The notes below the pieces were generated by a model. It made no database searches and was not told the origin of the DNA. It worked only from the letters and a program-made list of their open reading frames with translations. From Welwitschia mirabilis (Eukaryota): DNA of 39,970 nt. The translations under genes were made by a program, and so were the position numbers. Within the stretch, counting starts at the first letter, position 1. Each line of letters starts with the position of its first letter. This document shows, in pieces, positions 1 to 13,749 of the stretch. The DNA is taken from contig JBOZIK010000001.1 of assembly GCA_051453625.1 (NCBI GenBank), positions 30,234,766 through 30,274,735 on the forward strand, in the 5' to 3' direction.

Positions 1-1604
1 ATTTCTATCATAGATTAAAGAATTTTTAGATTGCTCATATATTCACTCTTCATCTAACAAATAGTTTTCTAACACCTCAACATCCTCATCTAAATAGCCA
101 TCCTCATCTTCATTGTTAAAAGATATAGTCGAATTGTCATTGTCTCCCCTTTGCTTATCTCATAATGAGTAGGATCATAAAGTTGATCTAAAATTTTATT
201 TTCAATTTGAAAGCAAGAATCATAATCATTCATTCCTAAGTTGTTTTCATTTTCCTCAAGATAAGATATAGAAGGATATATTTGAGGATTTTGCATTAGA
301 AGAGATCATTGATTTTGTAGAAGATTTTGTTGAATAAATGCAATCATAGTTTTTAAGAGTTTGTTGGTATTTTCATGGAGCTTTTTTATTGAATCCCTCA
401 ATTCTTTCATTGGATCATTTTCTTCTTTGTTGTATTTTATGGAAGATGGATGGGATGGGTAAAAGTAATTGTATGAGGTGGAATATCTAAAATTTTCATT
501 GTTATTTCTATATAGATTTTGAAAAGGAAAGGGGAAATAATCGAATGGTTAAAAAGAGGAATGGACACAATCCCTATTATCAACATTATTTTGGTTGTTC
601 TCCCTTTTTCTGCTAAAATCTCTCTAAGAGTTTTCTTATCATCATCCTCAGATTCTTTTCTCCTTTTTTCGGCAAGAATTTTCCCAAGTGTTTTATTACT
701 ATTATCCTCAGATTTGTTTTTACACCTTTCAACAAGAATTTTTATATGGGCGTCTTTCACTATTTATTTTTGAGAAGAATGGAAAGAAGAGAATCTAGTT
801 GAAGATGAAGATAGGTGCTCAGTGATGATTAGGTTTTAATGTTTTACAAATAAAATGAGCTCAGAAGAAAAATAATATATGCACCTGGAGCTTGCGTTTT
901 TTATTCTATGTTGAAACTGAACAATCCTTCTCTAATACTTTTTTCTATTAGCAACCCCCCATCGTTTTTTCTCTGATAAGCCTTTTTTTTGGATCGACAA
1001 TGCCACAGTACCTACAAATATAAAATAACAAAAAACAAATAAAAAATAACATTGTCATCCTCTCTATCATGGGAACGATAGAAGGAACAACACACATAGA
1101 AAACAGGAAAATAGAATTGAAAATCGGAATAGAAAGTGAAAAACTCAAAAAACAAAACTATCATCCTCCTAGTTGTGCAGACGGTAGAGAAGATGATAGA
1201 AACTAATTTTATTACGAAAAAGTTGAAAACTGAAAATAAAATTGAAAATAAAATGAAAAAGTAAAATTGCATGTTGTCATCCTGTCTATTGTGGGGATAA
1301 TAGAAAGGATGATCACTATTTTTCTACAAAAAATCAAAACCTAAAATGGAAACTAAAAAACAACAAAAGAAACAAAAAATAAAAACTGAGCATTGAAAAA
1401 CTAAAAAAATCAAAAAAATAAAAACTGAGAACCAAAAAACCAAAAAATTAAAAAACTGAGAATCGAAAAACTAAAAAAATAAAAACCACAAATATAAAAC
1501 CTATGATTTCTAATAAAAATACAATGTCACTATAGATAAATAACTAAAAAGAAATTTGATATTCTCAACCAAACGACGATAACCCTCATATGCCTCAATA
1601 CCCT

Positions 1605-1622
1605 TCCCTGGCAATGGTGCCA
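1605..1622 (-). promoter_or_regulatory. Primer-binding site (tRNA-Asp type)
   Basis: TGGCACCATTGCCAGGGA matches TGGCGCCGTTGCCGGGGA at 15/18; all three mismatches are G>A at former CpG sites. Confidence 0.8.
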
Positions 1623-1625
1623 ACT

Positions 1626-2826
1626 TGTTGCAGTGTGTATTTGTGCAAGTGCTTAAGTTCAAAAGGATTCTGTAATTCATAAAATAAATAGATATCTCAC
1701 ATAATGCAACACACTAGTATGAGTGAAAGTAGACCCAAAATGTCATATTCACGTTGAAAACTATGAGACGAGACTCGGATTACTTTGCAAAAGAATAAAA
1801 TGGATAAAAAATCAAGAACAATGTAAGAAATAAAAGGTACAATGCAAATGAAAGATGCAACCTAATCTAACATGCAATGTAAAATGGAACTAACACTACT
1901 TGCTTTCAACCTTAATAAAGGTTGCCCCTGATAATGTATATCACCTAAGAAATTATCACCAGATCAAGGGCAACATAGACTATAAGGGTCATCAGAAAAT
2001 CTACAATACAAACATGAAAATAAAACAAAGTTTATATTAAGAATGAGTAATAAGCATCTGGGTTACAAAGTAGTTGGGTCTCAATGGAGGATACAAAGCC
2101 CTTCATCAAGTGCATGTCTTTCTGTAACACTCAAGATGGATCTCTTACCCTTCGATCTCCTATCACGAGAATTTTTGGTGTAGCAAAGATAAGAAAAAGA
2201 GTTAAAGAAGGACTTATTTATAAAAACTCAAAGTAGAAAAAGACAAATAGAAAATGTGGCTAGGCACGCTCATAAATGAAATGGATAAGATGATCGAAGG
2301 TCAGTTGTCAGAGTCGGTTACATATCAGTATCATCCTGGCTATCATCTGGATGATTAAGGGGATAACAGATCATCATAAAAGTTGACTTATCAAGTGTCT
2401 CAGTAGTTGATTCAGTAGTCCATGTTAGCAACTTAGTAATGTCGTCATCCTCCCTACCATGGGGAAGATGGAGGGGACGATGGTCTTCTTAATCATTTAA
2501 TTAAAGAGAAACTTAGCATCTTTGTCAGTAATCCTTGGCTAAAGCTCTATGCATCAGAATGTGCCTTTAATACATTAAATTTAGGTAAGAATTGCATATT
2601 TCCAAGATCTTCTATCATTTCTTCAAAATCCTCAGAATTTCACCTAATCCTATATAAAAGTCCTGCAAAACAACTCATAAAACTCCATCAAGTAATCACA
2701 AATTGGCAGTGTAATAATAAGCTTATTTCTTTCTTTAGTAAAACATTAAATGAAGTTAATCAAAGTATTTAACTTATGAAAAAGAGTTATAAGCTATCTT
2801 GTAAGATTTAAAATATGCATACATTA
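1626..2826 (-). repeat. 5' LTR of Athila-like element 1
   Basis: Starts TAATGTATGCATATTTT (decayed TGATG...CATATTTT, an Athila-like start) and ends CAACA just before the PBS. The 2826 boundary is approximate. Confidence 0.65.
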
Positions 2827-4408
2827 CCCATTGTGTAAGGTATTTATTCTTTTGATTAATCATAAGACTTGGAATGCAACTAAACTGTGACCCCTAAGCT
2901 GAATCAATGGTTTTTTAGTTAACTAAGTAACTATCCTAGTGTAGTCAATGCGGATCTAGTCTTTAAATAGTCAATATATATTAAATTCTAACTAGACTAA
3001 GTGATTAAAGAACTTACAAGAATTCAATTTTTTCATCAAGCATAAGAGTGGAAAAAGCAATAGAAGTAGCTTATGCATTAAGTATGATTCAATATAGGTT
3101 GATTCATTGAAAGTTTGATGTTAGTTTATATCATCTTTTAGACCTTATAAATGTGATTTACATTTTGAAGAAGTGTGTGTTACAGAAATCCTTGGAAGGA
3201 TGCCACTACAAAGATTTCCATGTTCAAGATAATCTTCTCTATAAGAAGGGAATGTTGTATGTTACTAGATGTTCTACAAAGAATAAAGTTTTATAAGAAA
3301 ATCATAATGGAGCTTTGGCAAGATATCATAGGGTAGAGAAAACTTATGTATTGGTGCTAAGAAATTATAGTTGATATAACTTATATGAGGATCTACAAAA
3401 ATGGGTGAAAAGAATATGGAATTTATTAACGAGCCCTAGGAGGATCTTACATCTAATGAAAGCCTATATAAGCCATTACTAGTTCCTATAAGATCTTGAA
3501 ATAACAAACATAGCAAAATGACATATTTTATTCCATTGAATAAGAAAAGTAATTCATCACATGTAGCATTTGTTAATATTGTTAGGTTTCATGAATTATC
3601 TAAAATTATTATTTCAAATATAGATGTAATGTTTGTATCACATTTTTGAAAAATTTTATGGAAGAAACAAATTTAAGCTAGATTCAGCATATCATTCACC
3701 AAATTATCATCAAACAAAGGTGGTGAAGTGGAGCATTGGAAACTTATTTCAATGCTTATGTAATGGAAAACAGAACTTATGGGAGGGCTATATCTCTCAC
3801 ACTAAGTTTGCGTATAATAACTCCAACAACAAAGGGACAAGGAAAACACCATTAGAAGTGGTGTATAGATTTCATCCAAAAAAGCTAGAATTGGTTGGAA
3901 AGGTAAAAGACTTATTATCAATGAAAGATGACTTTGTAATAGGATTGAAAATATTCATAAGTATGTATATAGACAAGTTACATACTAGAGTTTGAAGATG
4001 AAGGAAAGAGTGAATTAATGAAGGCAACATGTGGAGTTTGAAGAAAGTGATTAATAAATGGCATACATTTAGAAGGATAAGTTTTTAGCAAGAACTTATG
4101 ATAAGCTAAAGCATAGGAAGATTCGACCATGCAACATTATCAAAAATATTTCTTCACATGCATAACAACTATAATTTCCAAACAGTATTAGTCTTTCTTC
4201 AACTTTTTAATGTTGCAAATTTGACAAAGTATCATCATGAGATGATAGCACATGGATAGAGGAATTACATAAGATAAATGAAGGAAAGAATAAGGTGTAT
4301 GTATCACCTCTAATGTTAAGCCAACACGAGAAATCTACAAGGAGGAAGCACTATGTAGAATACTTAGTTCAAATTCTAGATCAACAAATGGAACATCTAG
4401 TTTGAATG

Positions 4409-4409
<1 letters not shown>

Positions 4410-4481
<72 letters not shown>

Positions 4482-4581
4482 NNNNNNNNNNNNNNNNNNN
4501 NNNNNNNNNNNNNNNNNNNNNNNNNNNNNNNNNNNNNNNNNNNNNNNNNNNNNNNNNNNNNNNNNNNNNNNNNNNNNNNNN

Positions 4582-4651
<70 letters not shown>
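4410..4651. repeat. (CA)n microsatellite spanning an assembly gap
   Basis: Perfect CA run on both sides of the 100-N gap. Confidence 0.97.
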
Positions 4652-4655
<4 letters not shown>

Positions 4656-4751
4656 ATAGTTCATATTCTAGTGGAAAGGAATGATCTAGAGTATTGTTTT
4701 TAGAAAAAAATAAATAGTTAAAAACATTAATAGCTAATTGTAATTTGAACT

Positions 4752-5310
4752 TGTAGGAAGTTTGGTCTTAAACTATAAAACTTTTTTAATGTATAACTAA
4801 GTTTATAGGGTCCATTTTGTTGTCAAATGGTGTAATTTTAGGGTACAACCAAGTGCAACAAGTGAGGATTTCTTTTATATATGAAAATAATGAGTTTGTT
4901 GCTGAGTTTAATCAAGAAACAATGTTAGTTATGCATAAAGTAGTGGGGGCATCTTTCATATAATTTTTAGAAATGAAATCTTATAATCATTAGTTCATAA
5001 GTTAGAATGTTGTAAGAGGTGTAAGTTAGATTTTATAAGTTTGTAATGACCTCTCTTCATGGCCTATAATTTAGAGGAAGTACTAGGCAATCAAACCTCA
5101 TGCTTGTAGGATTTTCATTTGGAGTGGAAGGATTGTGATGGAAGGTTATTTCTAAGAACCTCATGGTTGAGAAAACATTATAAGCTTGTACGTCATGCAA
5201 TATTTCTTGTTAATAGAAATTATATTTGTTGGTTACTTCAAAATCATTATTGAATTTCTAATTTTAATTTCCCAAGAAAGGTCTTGGGTCTTTCAATACG
5301 TGACTCTACA
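4752..5310 (+). repeat. Probable 3' LTR of the CRM-like remnant
   Basis: TGTAGG...ACTCTACA termini (TG..CA with a short inverted repeat) downstream of integrase. No partner LTR in the window and no clear PPT. Confidence 0.45.
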
Positions 5311-5799
5311 TTAGTTAATAAATGTCATTTACATATTAGTTATGTAACTATATTATATAGCTAGTTTTAATAGTAATTTGAATGTTATTATTATCATCAT
5401 CCATTTTGACAAGCTATTATATGACTAACATGCATAACATCATAGGTTATTAATATTTACATTATGCTTTTATAAATTTACATATAATTTTATACATTTA
5501 TTTTTTAGAGAGTACCATTAGTAAAACCAAAACTAAAAGAAAAATGTTAACTCTTTCTATAAATAAGTTTAGATTCATTTTAATCTTGAGAAATCACTGC
5601 AAACTAGATATAGTAATAATCTTTTATAGCAAGTTTTTGGGACTTGTTTCTAGTCATAAAGAGCCTTCTTAATATTATAAACATGATAAGAAAACATAGG
5701 ATTTATAAAATAAGGATATTTTTCAAAATAAACTTATTCTTTGATATACATATTAACAAATTCACTCTTTCATAATCATTTAAAATAATTTAATATTTT

Positions 5800-6200
5800 T
5801 AAAAGTAGAAGTAAATGGATACCTTTTAACTGGCTACCTGTGCATCGTTTTCACCATAGTTAATACCTTTAACCTGAAAGTAGCCTTAAGGAACTAGCTA
5901 AGCTTTTTTTTCATTAACATTTCCATGTCCATCTAGATTTTTCTCGTAGATCAATTTTGTTCTAGTGATATGTTTATCCAAATTTCTTAGCAGTGTATTC
6001 CAACACATTGATTCTCTTAAATTGATTAAGTTCTTATTACATAGTATTCATCTAAAATGCATCTATTTCAACCCATTTTATAGATTTTAATTGAACAAGT
6101 AATACATATTACATATGACCATAAATATTTTCAACATGTCTTCTATTTCTTTCTCATAATTTGAATCACCAATATAATATTAGCTAGATGATCTCTTCTA
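5800..6200 (-). pseudogene. Ty1/copia (SIRE-like) reverse transcriptase fragment
   Basis: The minus strand gives ELNQFKR(I)N.VW-like, TKLIY..NLDGHGNV and A*LVP*GYFQVKGINYGENDAQVA, matching copia RT ARLVAQGYxQxEGIDYGETFAPVA. ELNQFxRN is SIRE-like. Confidence 0.7.
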
Positions 6201-8098
6201 ATTTTGAACATGAAGAAGTTGATACAGGAAAGAGGTTAAGAGTGTTATTATTATATTTTAAAGTATCATTGTAGGAAAAGAGTAATGAACTAGAAAGAGA
6301 TTCATTATTGATTTTTAGCTTTTATAATTTTATATAGATTAATTTTCAATGTATTAGAGAAATTAAAGGACGAATAAGAAAAAAACTTAAATTAAGAGAA
6401 GTAAAAAACATTATCATTTTTACTTGAAAATTATGATTCCATCATTGCAAACTTCCATAAGTAGCACACATTAAATATGAAACATTAAATATTAAAATAA
6501 ATGTCAATGTAACCTTAGACTATTAGCAATTAAGATCAATTCATGAAACTTAGACATCTTCTTTTTTCTCATTTTATTTTATTTTTTCTTTACTTTTATC
6601 TAATTTCTATTTTTATTACATGGAGTATAATTTGATTAATTAGGGTATTAATTAGTCATTATTTTAAATAAGTTCATCATATGAGTTTATCCTAATTAGA
6701 TAGCTAAATCACTCTAGTATATTATCAAAGTTTTCTGATAGTTAAAGCCCGTATATTAGTCATTATGTTTTCAATAAATCTAAGAGAAGTTAAACACCAT
6801 AAAATTTTCTATTGTTTATTAATAAAATGTCTTTATTTTATTGCTTTGATTGCATATAAATCTAACAAATGGTAAGAAAGCTTGGTTGAGTTACAGAAAT
6901 TGAGTATTGTTTGATTCTCTAAGAATATAAGATTAAAGATTCCAATACTCTTGGTGACTAAAACTTTTCTTTCTTAGTATGAAAGAATATGTAACATTGC
7001 TAAATCCTAAGATCTTAATATTCTAGAGATTAGTTTCTTGATGAATGTAATCTAGTTAAGTTTTTAACATTAAATGCTAAACAAGCTTATTCATAAGGCT
7101 TTTTGCACTTTTTAAAATCCTAAGAATAATTTTAAATTCTAAACTCTTGTTAGATGTTCATAGTTGAACCTAAAAGTTAAGTTTTTTAAAACTTCTTCCA
7201 TAGTAGTAAACTTAGTTTGGTGACTTTTGTGGGTAAAAGTTTCAAATATTCCTAAATTTTAATTGGTAAAATTTTAAATTTTCTTGAACTCTGATTGATG
7301 GATTAGTTATAATAAATAAGTTCTTGAGAAATTTTCATGGCAACTATTTTAAGAAAACATACTACTAAATTTTTATTTGTGAATAATTACATGTTGGAAA
7401 GTGCAACTTTATTATCTGTACAAGTTTATATAAGATAAATTAATTGCAAGTTCCTATTTACAAGTTTTCAAAAAAAAAAAATTTACAATTGTGATGGTTG
7501 TGAGTCAATCCATTCTACACCAGAGCCAAGATTATTTTATTCAATAATATTTATTTAAGAAAATTATTATGGGATTTATTCTACCATCCCATTATTCTAA
7601 ATCACACTTTTGTATTTTGGAAATTCAAAAATACACTATCATTCTTTTCTTTCTAGCAATGCATTTTGTTATATTGCATTTATGTGAAAATAAAAAATTA
7701 TGCTTATTTTACATGAATGAGTCTTCTAAAAATATAATAAAATGACTATTTTAACTATTAAAGTGAAATATAGAGCGTAAAGTAAAATTTGAATAAAATC
7801 ATTATCAGTTTAATAATTTTAGGTGAAATTAGAATTAGGGTATAAACCATGAAAACTAGATTTAGTAGAAATTTTATCAAACAACATTTTCATTACAAAG
7901 ATCCATAAATATAAAAAGAATATGAAACATTTTAATGCAAAAAAATTCTATTAAGAAAGGATATAAAACATTTCCTTTATAAAATATTTTATTATAGAAA
8001 ACTATCTTCATTAGCAAAAGAAGGATTTGTAGTTCACTAAACTATATGCATTCAAAGATGTGTAGTATTCCTACTTAATGAAATGATATAACATAACT

Positions 8099-8309
8099 AG
8101 ATAAAAAAAGATCTTCCGATTAAAACTACTAGCAAAGAGAAGAAAATTTCTTGTACCTGTAATTACTAATAAGTACACTATTAAAATAAATTACACCTAA
8201 GATATAACTTTTAAGATCCAACTATCTATAATAGAATTAATTAGATATAAATTTATGGATTTTAGAAGATTTAAAGTATTAATTACATTATTAAGAAAAC
8301 TTATCTACA
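8099..8309 (-). repeat. 3' LTR of Ale-like copia
   Basis: Colinear but strongly diverged match to 12761-12970 (e.g. TACACTATTAAAATAAATTACACCTAAGATA vs TACACTATTATAATAAGATACAACTAAGATA; TTTTAGAAG shared). Confidence 0.7.
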
Positions 8310-11300
8310 CTCCACTGTAACTAAGAGTTAAATTAAACTGTAAGCTTGGATCTAAGTAATGCAAATCATGTGGAAGAGGGGCCTTTTGTAAAAATTTCTA
8401 CAACCTAATTATGAAAAGAGATAGATCATACCTGAAGTTGTGAGTCACACATTTTTGAATGAAGTGGAAATTAATATTGATATGCTCTATTTGAGCATGA
8501 ATAACTAGATTGACTATTAAATAGATTATAGAGATACTATCATACCAAAGACTCAAGGGGTGAGATAAATAAAGTTGAGGCTCTGTAAGAATCATTCCAT
8601 GTTAGTTAGCTTAGCTATAATATCAGTTAGCCCTCTATATTTTGATTTAATACTTGATTAAGTAATAGTTCTTTTCTTTTTTGAGATCCAAGAGAAAATA
8701 TTTAGGTCTGATAAGACATCAAATCCATTAATAAAGTAATAATTATCTAGGTTATCAAGCTTCTAAACATCTGAGTAAGCAGGTAAAATTTCATTAGATG
8801 ACTTAGTAATTTAGAGACTATGATGAATAGTATGTTGAAATTCTTGTATAATTCTCATAACTACATTTTAATGCTTAGTAAGATTATCCATCTACTAGAA
8901 AACTTGATAAATAAAGTATGTAATATCAGGCCCCATAAGAGTAAGGTACTTGAGTACTCTAATAATGCTTCAGTAATGAGTTGGATTAGAATATGAATCA
9001 TTACTAGAGAAGATAATTTAAAGACAAAAAATGGAGGAGGGATTGTATGTTTAGCACCACCCATTTGAAACCATTTTAAGATATCATGAATGTACTCAAA
9101 CTAGATGAGAATGAGTTCATTAGAGATAAATTGGGATTTTATATCAAGAAAATAATTAAGAGGACTCTAGTCTTTCATAGATAATCTATGTTTCAAATTA
9201 GTAATAAAGAATGAAAGCTAAATTACTACATATTAATATAATTTTCATGATTTACACAAGGAGTATTATGATGTAGGATTAAGTTTTCTTAATGAAAAGA
9301 GCATTTTTAGCTCATGATCTGTGAAATTCTAACTCAAATAGATAATCTATGCAAGTATAACTCAAATATATAATTTTCTAGATAAGTGAACTAAGATCTA
9401 GAAACTCATTTAAGATCATATGTGATTTATAGAGGTAATAATCATACTGTGGATGGGTTGGATGCATAAAACCTAATGGTTTTTTCATATAGACTATTTA
9501 TCATGTAATAAGGTATATTTAACATCTAACTAACAAAGTGGTAATTCATCAAAGATCATTATTATGAGATCATATGTATAGTGATAGCCTTGAAAATAGG
9601 TCTAAATGTTTCTTCATTATTAGTATATTTTTGTTGATTAAATCCTTTTGCAATAAGAGATACCTTATAGTAATTAGCAAACCCATCAAATTTACACTTA
9701 TTCTAAAACACCCACTTCTAACCAATGATATATTGATTTTGTATGGGAGAGACTAGAACTCAGGTATCATTACTTATAACAGCTTAATGTTTTTCAGCCA
9801 TTACTTGATTCCAAAGGGAACTCATTTAGACTTGATTATAATAGATTGGATTATTAAGATTAGTATAAGTAGTATAGGAAAAAGGATACCAAGTTCTTAA
9901 AGTAAAACAATAAGGCTTCAAGATGTCATCCTTTACGTATGTAATCATTGGATGTATGCTAGTAGATTTGGATCAGAATCACTTTTTTAAGATATAAAAA
10001 TGTGGTTATTGATAGTGTCAGGAGGAAAGATAATGGATTATGGACCATAGAATTGTTGGTCAATGGATGAATTAGAAATTTGAAGATTACATAAGCCATA
10101 CATGAGGTCTATAGTCTTGATCAGTGAGTTCAGTATAGACATGGATATGAATTTGCTACTAGAGGTTTGTATAGGAATTGATGCTAGGTGATGAGATTGA
10201 TTTCTAAATAATGAGAAATTTGGCAAAGCATGTTGTATGAGATGAGATTCTAGAGAGTCATCAAAGTTCATCACAAGAACATGAATTTTGAAATTTGATA
10301 GCTAATAATAGGAACCTGTAAAACCAACATCAGTAGGAAAAGATTAAGAATTAGGATCATTCATGCTCATAATAATTCAAGAAGTTTAGATAGATTATAA
10401 TCCATCCACCAATTAGGGGGTGAAAGGAATAGGAGGCAGAAAGAAACATTTCTAGTGTAAAGATGAAGGTTGAAATGGAAGAGTACAAAATGGTCCTAAT
10501 CATTAAAAAATTCACTCTTATCATTGATGACATCATTAAATATTCATATGTAGTTATTTATTGGATCATAACATGATAACCAATTGAATACTCAAAGAAC
10601 ACACATAGTTGAGATTATAATTAAAGTATATGTGTATTATAAGCCTAAAGACAGAAAGCATTATTAAAAAATAGTTAATGATGTGCATAACCTATTTAAA
10701 GAAAAAATCCCAAAAGGATATGGAGGCTTTAGATTGAGTAAGAAGATTTAACTCTATCTCAATAATATGATGATGCTTTTTCTATGCTTTTCTATTTTAG
10801 TACACAAATAAGAAATATGATTATCAATATTATCATTCCTTTAGTTCCCATTTCAAGGCATTAAAACAAATTCCATGTGGTCCACCAGTTTAAAGAAACC
10901 TAATATTATAATTAAATACATTTTTAATGTGATTTTGGAAAATAATAAATGTACATAATCCATTAGAATGATTTACAATGGAATATAACCAAGAATACTT
11001 AGTGTGATCATCCATGAAATAAACATAGTATTTACATACCAAGTGTAATGTAATAGAAGTGGAATCCTAAGTGTTCATAAACATTAGATAAAGTGATTCT
11101 TGTGAAAGATAAGTAGACTGAGTATATGGATGTTCACGAATTTTTCTTAGTTAATAAAACATGTGAAGATGAGATAAAAAAATTTTTATTCAATAAGATA
11201 GGAGAATGAGACATTACCTTAGAAATAATACTCCTAGTCACATGAGCAAATTGATTATGCAGTAATGAATAATCAAAATTGAACAAGGTTATAAGAGTAG

Positions 11301-12760
11301 TATAAGTTCTTGAAGAAGGTTTATTAAAAAGATAGTTAACATCCTATTTTGCTAGACCTTAAAAGATAATTAATCTAGTGTGCTAGTCCCTTATAAAAAA
11401 TAATTTGGATGAAATTAAAATAGTAGGAGTTATCTTTGGTAAACTTGAAAATAGAAAGCAATTATTTTCTGATTGACAAGCTATGTAGAATGACACTCCA
11501 ACGAAAAATATGATTAAGAGTAGAAAGTGTATAAAACCAATTCTATTGATTAAAAAACTTGACCCATTACTAACGTAAACTTAATCAAATCCATTTTAGG
11601 TAATTGAATCATTAGGTTAATTAGATCTAGAGTAATGTAATGGAAAACACTGAAATTTGGATACTATTGAAAATCATGGATTGATGTAGTATGACCTTAA
11701 GAAAAAGTGAGCATAACTTGATAAGCATGGCTAAGTTGGTGATGGCAAGCCATAGTCCATAACAATTGCATAGTTGACACTTAATGGAATTACTATTAAT
11801 TGCTATTAAAGAATTAAGACTAAGTTCCATCTTATGAAGTTCCACCATACCATTTTTTGTTGCTAAAACAAAATTATTAAACTAGAAAGTTGATGAATCA
11901 AATTGAGAATTACTACTGTGTTAATGATTTTGTGATGAAGCAAGACATTTGAATGTAACTTGAGCAAAGGACAAAGGAATAAGACTACACCAGACGCACT
12001 ATAACTAACATAGGAGAAAAAGTACTCACACCCATATTATTATATTAGAAGCATTATTTCAAGTTCATAAATGGAGAGGGATGGAATGAAGAAAGTAAGA
12101 TCAAGAATAAAGGATACTAATTTAGGTTCCAAAGCATCCAAAATATGTTTTATATTCTAATTTTTATGAATCTCATAACTAGCAAGTTTAAGCTAATTAA
12201 TGAGCATTTTAGTAGTACGAATATATTGAGTTATAAAAGCTAATGATTTCTTTAAGTATTCCCATTGTAAATAGAGAATATTACAATTAAAACTCATCTA
12301 AGAGTTTAAAACTGCTTCCAAAGTAGTCCATATAAAATTAAAATAATAAGAACTAATAACTTGTATCCCTACATCATTAGCTAGCACAAACAGAATTCAG
12401 TTGAAAGTAATGTAATCACAATCAAACCATTATTTATAATCTAGAGTTGAAGTAACCTTGAAATTTCCACTATATTTCTATTGAATTAAGAAGGAGGTTG
12501 AGAAATAAAACCATCAACATAATCTATTAGTTAAGAGGTACAAAATAAAGGTATGAATCTATTTTTCCTAAAATATGAAATTATTATATCTAGTTTGATT
12601 TCAATATTATGAAGAGAGGATATGAGTTGAGAAGAACTAGAAGAGGAGAATGAAGCAGCCATTGAGTAGCACGCTAATGATGAATAAAGAAAAGGAAAAA
12701 AAAAGGAAAAAATGACATGACAAAAAGAAAGGAAGAGATCCTTCTGATGCTTTGATACCA

Positions 12761-12970
12761 TGATAAAAATAATCTCTACCTCTCAAAACTATTATCGAAT
12801 AAAAAAAAAATATATTTATAGTTGTTGATGATTACACTATTATAATAAGATACAACTAAGATACAAGCTTGCATATTTAACTATATACAATAAATTGAAT
12901 TGGATACAAGTTTTTAGTTTTAGAAGTATTTTAATAACTACCAAAAAGAGCTATTCATGATACTCTAATA
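12761..12970 (-). repeat. 5' LTR of Ale-like copia
   Basis: Ends ...TTATCA directly before the tRNA-iMet PBS (11/12 match); homologous to 8099-8309. Confidence 0.75.
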
Positions 12971-13160
12971 AATGAACCTTAGAATTAAATCTTCATGAAG
13001 ACACTCATCATATTTGTAGTAGCTATAATAAGAATGAGATATATGATGAGATGTATCCATTGATTCATAAAACACAATGGTGTTAAAAAATTACAATAAT
13101 AACAAGGAACCTTCATAATGAATATATCTAGAATTATTAGTTCAAAAGTAATCGAAGATC

Positions 13161-13215
13161 CTTAATTAAAAGAATATACTAAGTTATAACTTAATTAAAA
13201 GAATATACTAAGTTA
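13161..13215. repeat. 29-bp tandem duplication
   Basis: CTTAATTAAAAGAATATACTAAGTTA occurs twice with a 29-bp period. Confidence 0.9.
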
Positions 13216-13494
13216 ATTACATAACATATTAAAAAAACTTATTTACATATCACTTAAGCATCACATTATTATTTACTATGTCATAAGTTATAAAAGCCAT
13301 CATTATTAATTAGAACACTGGAAGCATTAACTACATGTCATTCATCCAAGTTTAAAGAAGGAAAAAATGGTAAATATTTATATTCATATAGGACAAGTAT
13401 TTTACTTAGAAGATTTAAAAATGTTAAAGTGATAAAAAAGAAAGGAAAACATGGGAAAAAACTTTTACTATTCATCTAGCAAAAAGTAAAAGAA

Positions 13495-13647
13495 AAACTT
13501 ATGATATAATTGTGAGGAAATTAATGCAAATATTCTAAATATAGTTAGATTTATTACTAAATTAACATGACAAACTTATGATATAATTGTGAGAAACGTA
13601 ATGCAAATATTTTAAATATAGTTAGATTTGTTACTAAATTGACAAGA
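13495..13647. repeat. 77-bp tandem duplication covering the start of an LTR-like sequence
   Basis: AAACTTATGATATAATTGTGAG...TAGTTAGATTT(A/G)TTACTAAATT at 13495 and 13572. Confidence 0.9.
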
Positions 13648-13745
13648 TGATAGATAGATGTACCTTGTGTAAGATACATGAGAGAATAATGTATGTCTAA
13701 GATTCTATTAAGAGATTACCTCATCTATTTAAGAATATGATCACA
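13588..13745 (+). repeat. Truncated copia-like LTR (left partner of 20925-21164)
   Basis: Aligns colinearly with 20925-21080 from the initial TGTGAGAA onward (TAGTTAGATTTGTT, ATGTACCT, ATGAGAGAA, CTATTTA shared). The 3' part of the LTR and the PBS are not seen. Confidence 0.75.
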
Positions 13746-13749
13746 TTTA

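Larger units (their letters stand above)
1..2826 (-). mobile_element. Athila-like Ty3/gypsy element, 5' part (5' LTR, PBS, leader, gag remnant), running off the window start
   Basis: On the minus strand an LTR end ...CAACA (1626) is followed by agt and TGGCACCATTGCCAGGGA, the tRNA-Asp-type PBS typical of Athila. A T-rich leader follows, then a gag C-terminal-like remnant (NDPMKELRDSIKKLHENTNK, ~300-430) resembling the gag tail at ~35160-35260. Confidence 0.75.
2850..5310 (+). mobile_element. Truncated Ty3/gypsy (CRM-like) remnant: end of RNase H, integrase, probable 3' LTR
   Basis: LQEFNFFIKHKSGKSN..VAYALS (~3014-3083), integrase zinc-finger region (DFHVQDNLLYKKGML...HNGAL, ~3213-3320), core SAYHSPNYHQT...FAYNNSNNKGTRKTPLEVVY (ORF 3633-3995), and C-terminal TYDKLKHRKIRPCNIIK...FNVANLTKY. 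Many stops and frameshifts. Confidence 0.8.
8099..12970 (-). mobile_element. Near-full-length degenerate Ty1/copia (Ale/Retrofit-like) element with ~210-bp LTRs
   Basis: Minus-strand order: 5' LTR 12761-12970, PBS TGGTATCAAAGC 12749-12760, gag, zinc knuckle (CQLCNCYG ~11760), integrase (~10500-11100), HPMIT motif (~9945), RT (IIG*KWVF, LIAKGFNQQ...EETFRP, KPLGFMHPTHPQY), RNase H (LWYDSISIIYLIVNLVIHAQIEHININFHFI, ORF 8398-8595), 3' LTR 8099-8309. Confidence 0.88.

Noticed and set aside
1051-1314. Spaced palindromic repeats reminiscent of a CRISPR array
   Set aside because: Degenerate, irregularly spaced, low-complexity spacers, in a eukaryotic retrotransposon leader with no cas genes; reported instead as a hairpin motif.
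4335-4684. CVCV/HTHT ORFs (also 28771-29274)
   Set aside because: Translations of (CA)n microsatellites and N runs.
6500-8098. Possible older plus-strand copia (TAACA + TGGTAAGAAAGC PBS-like at ~6870, faint RT/RNase H-like traces at ~12975-13480) hosting the Ale-like element
   Set aside because: Motifs are too degraded to support boundaries or identity by eye.
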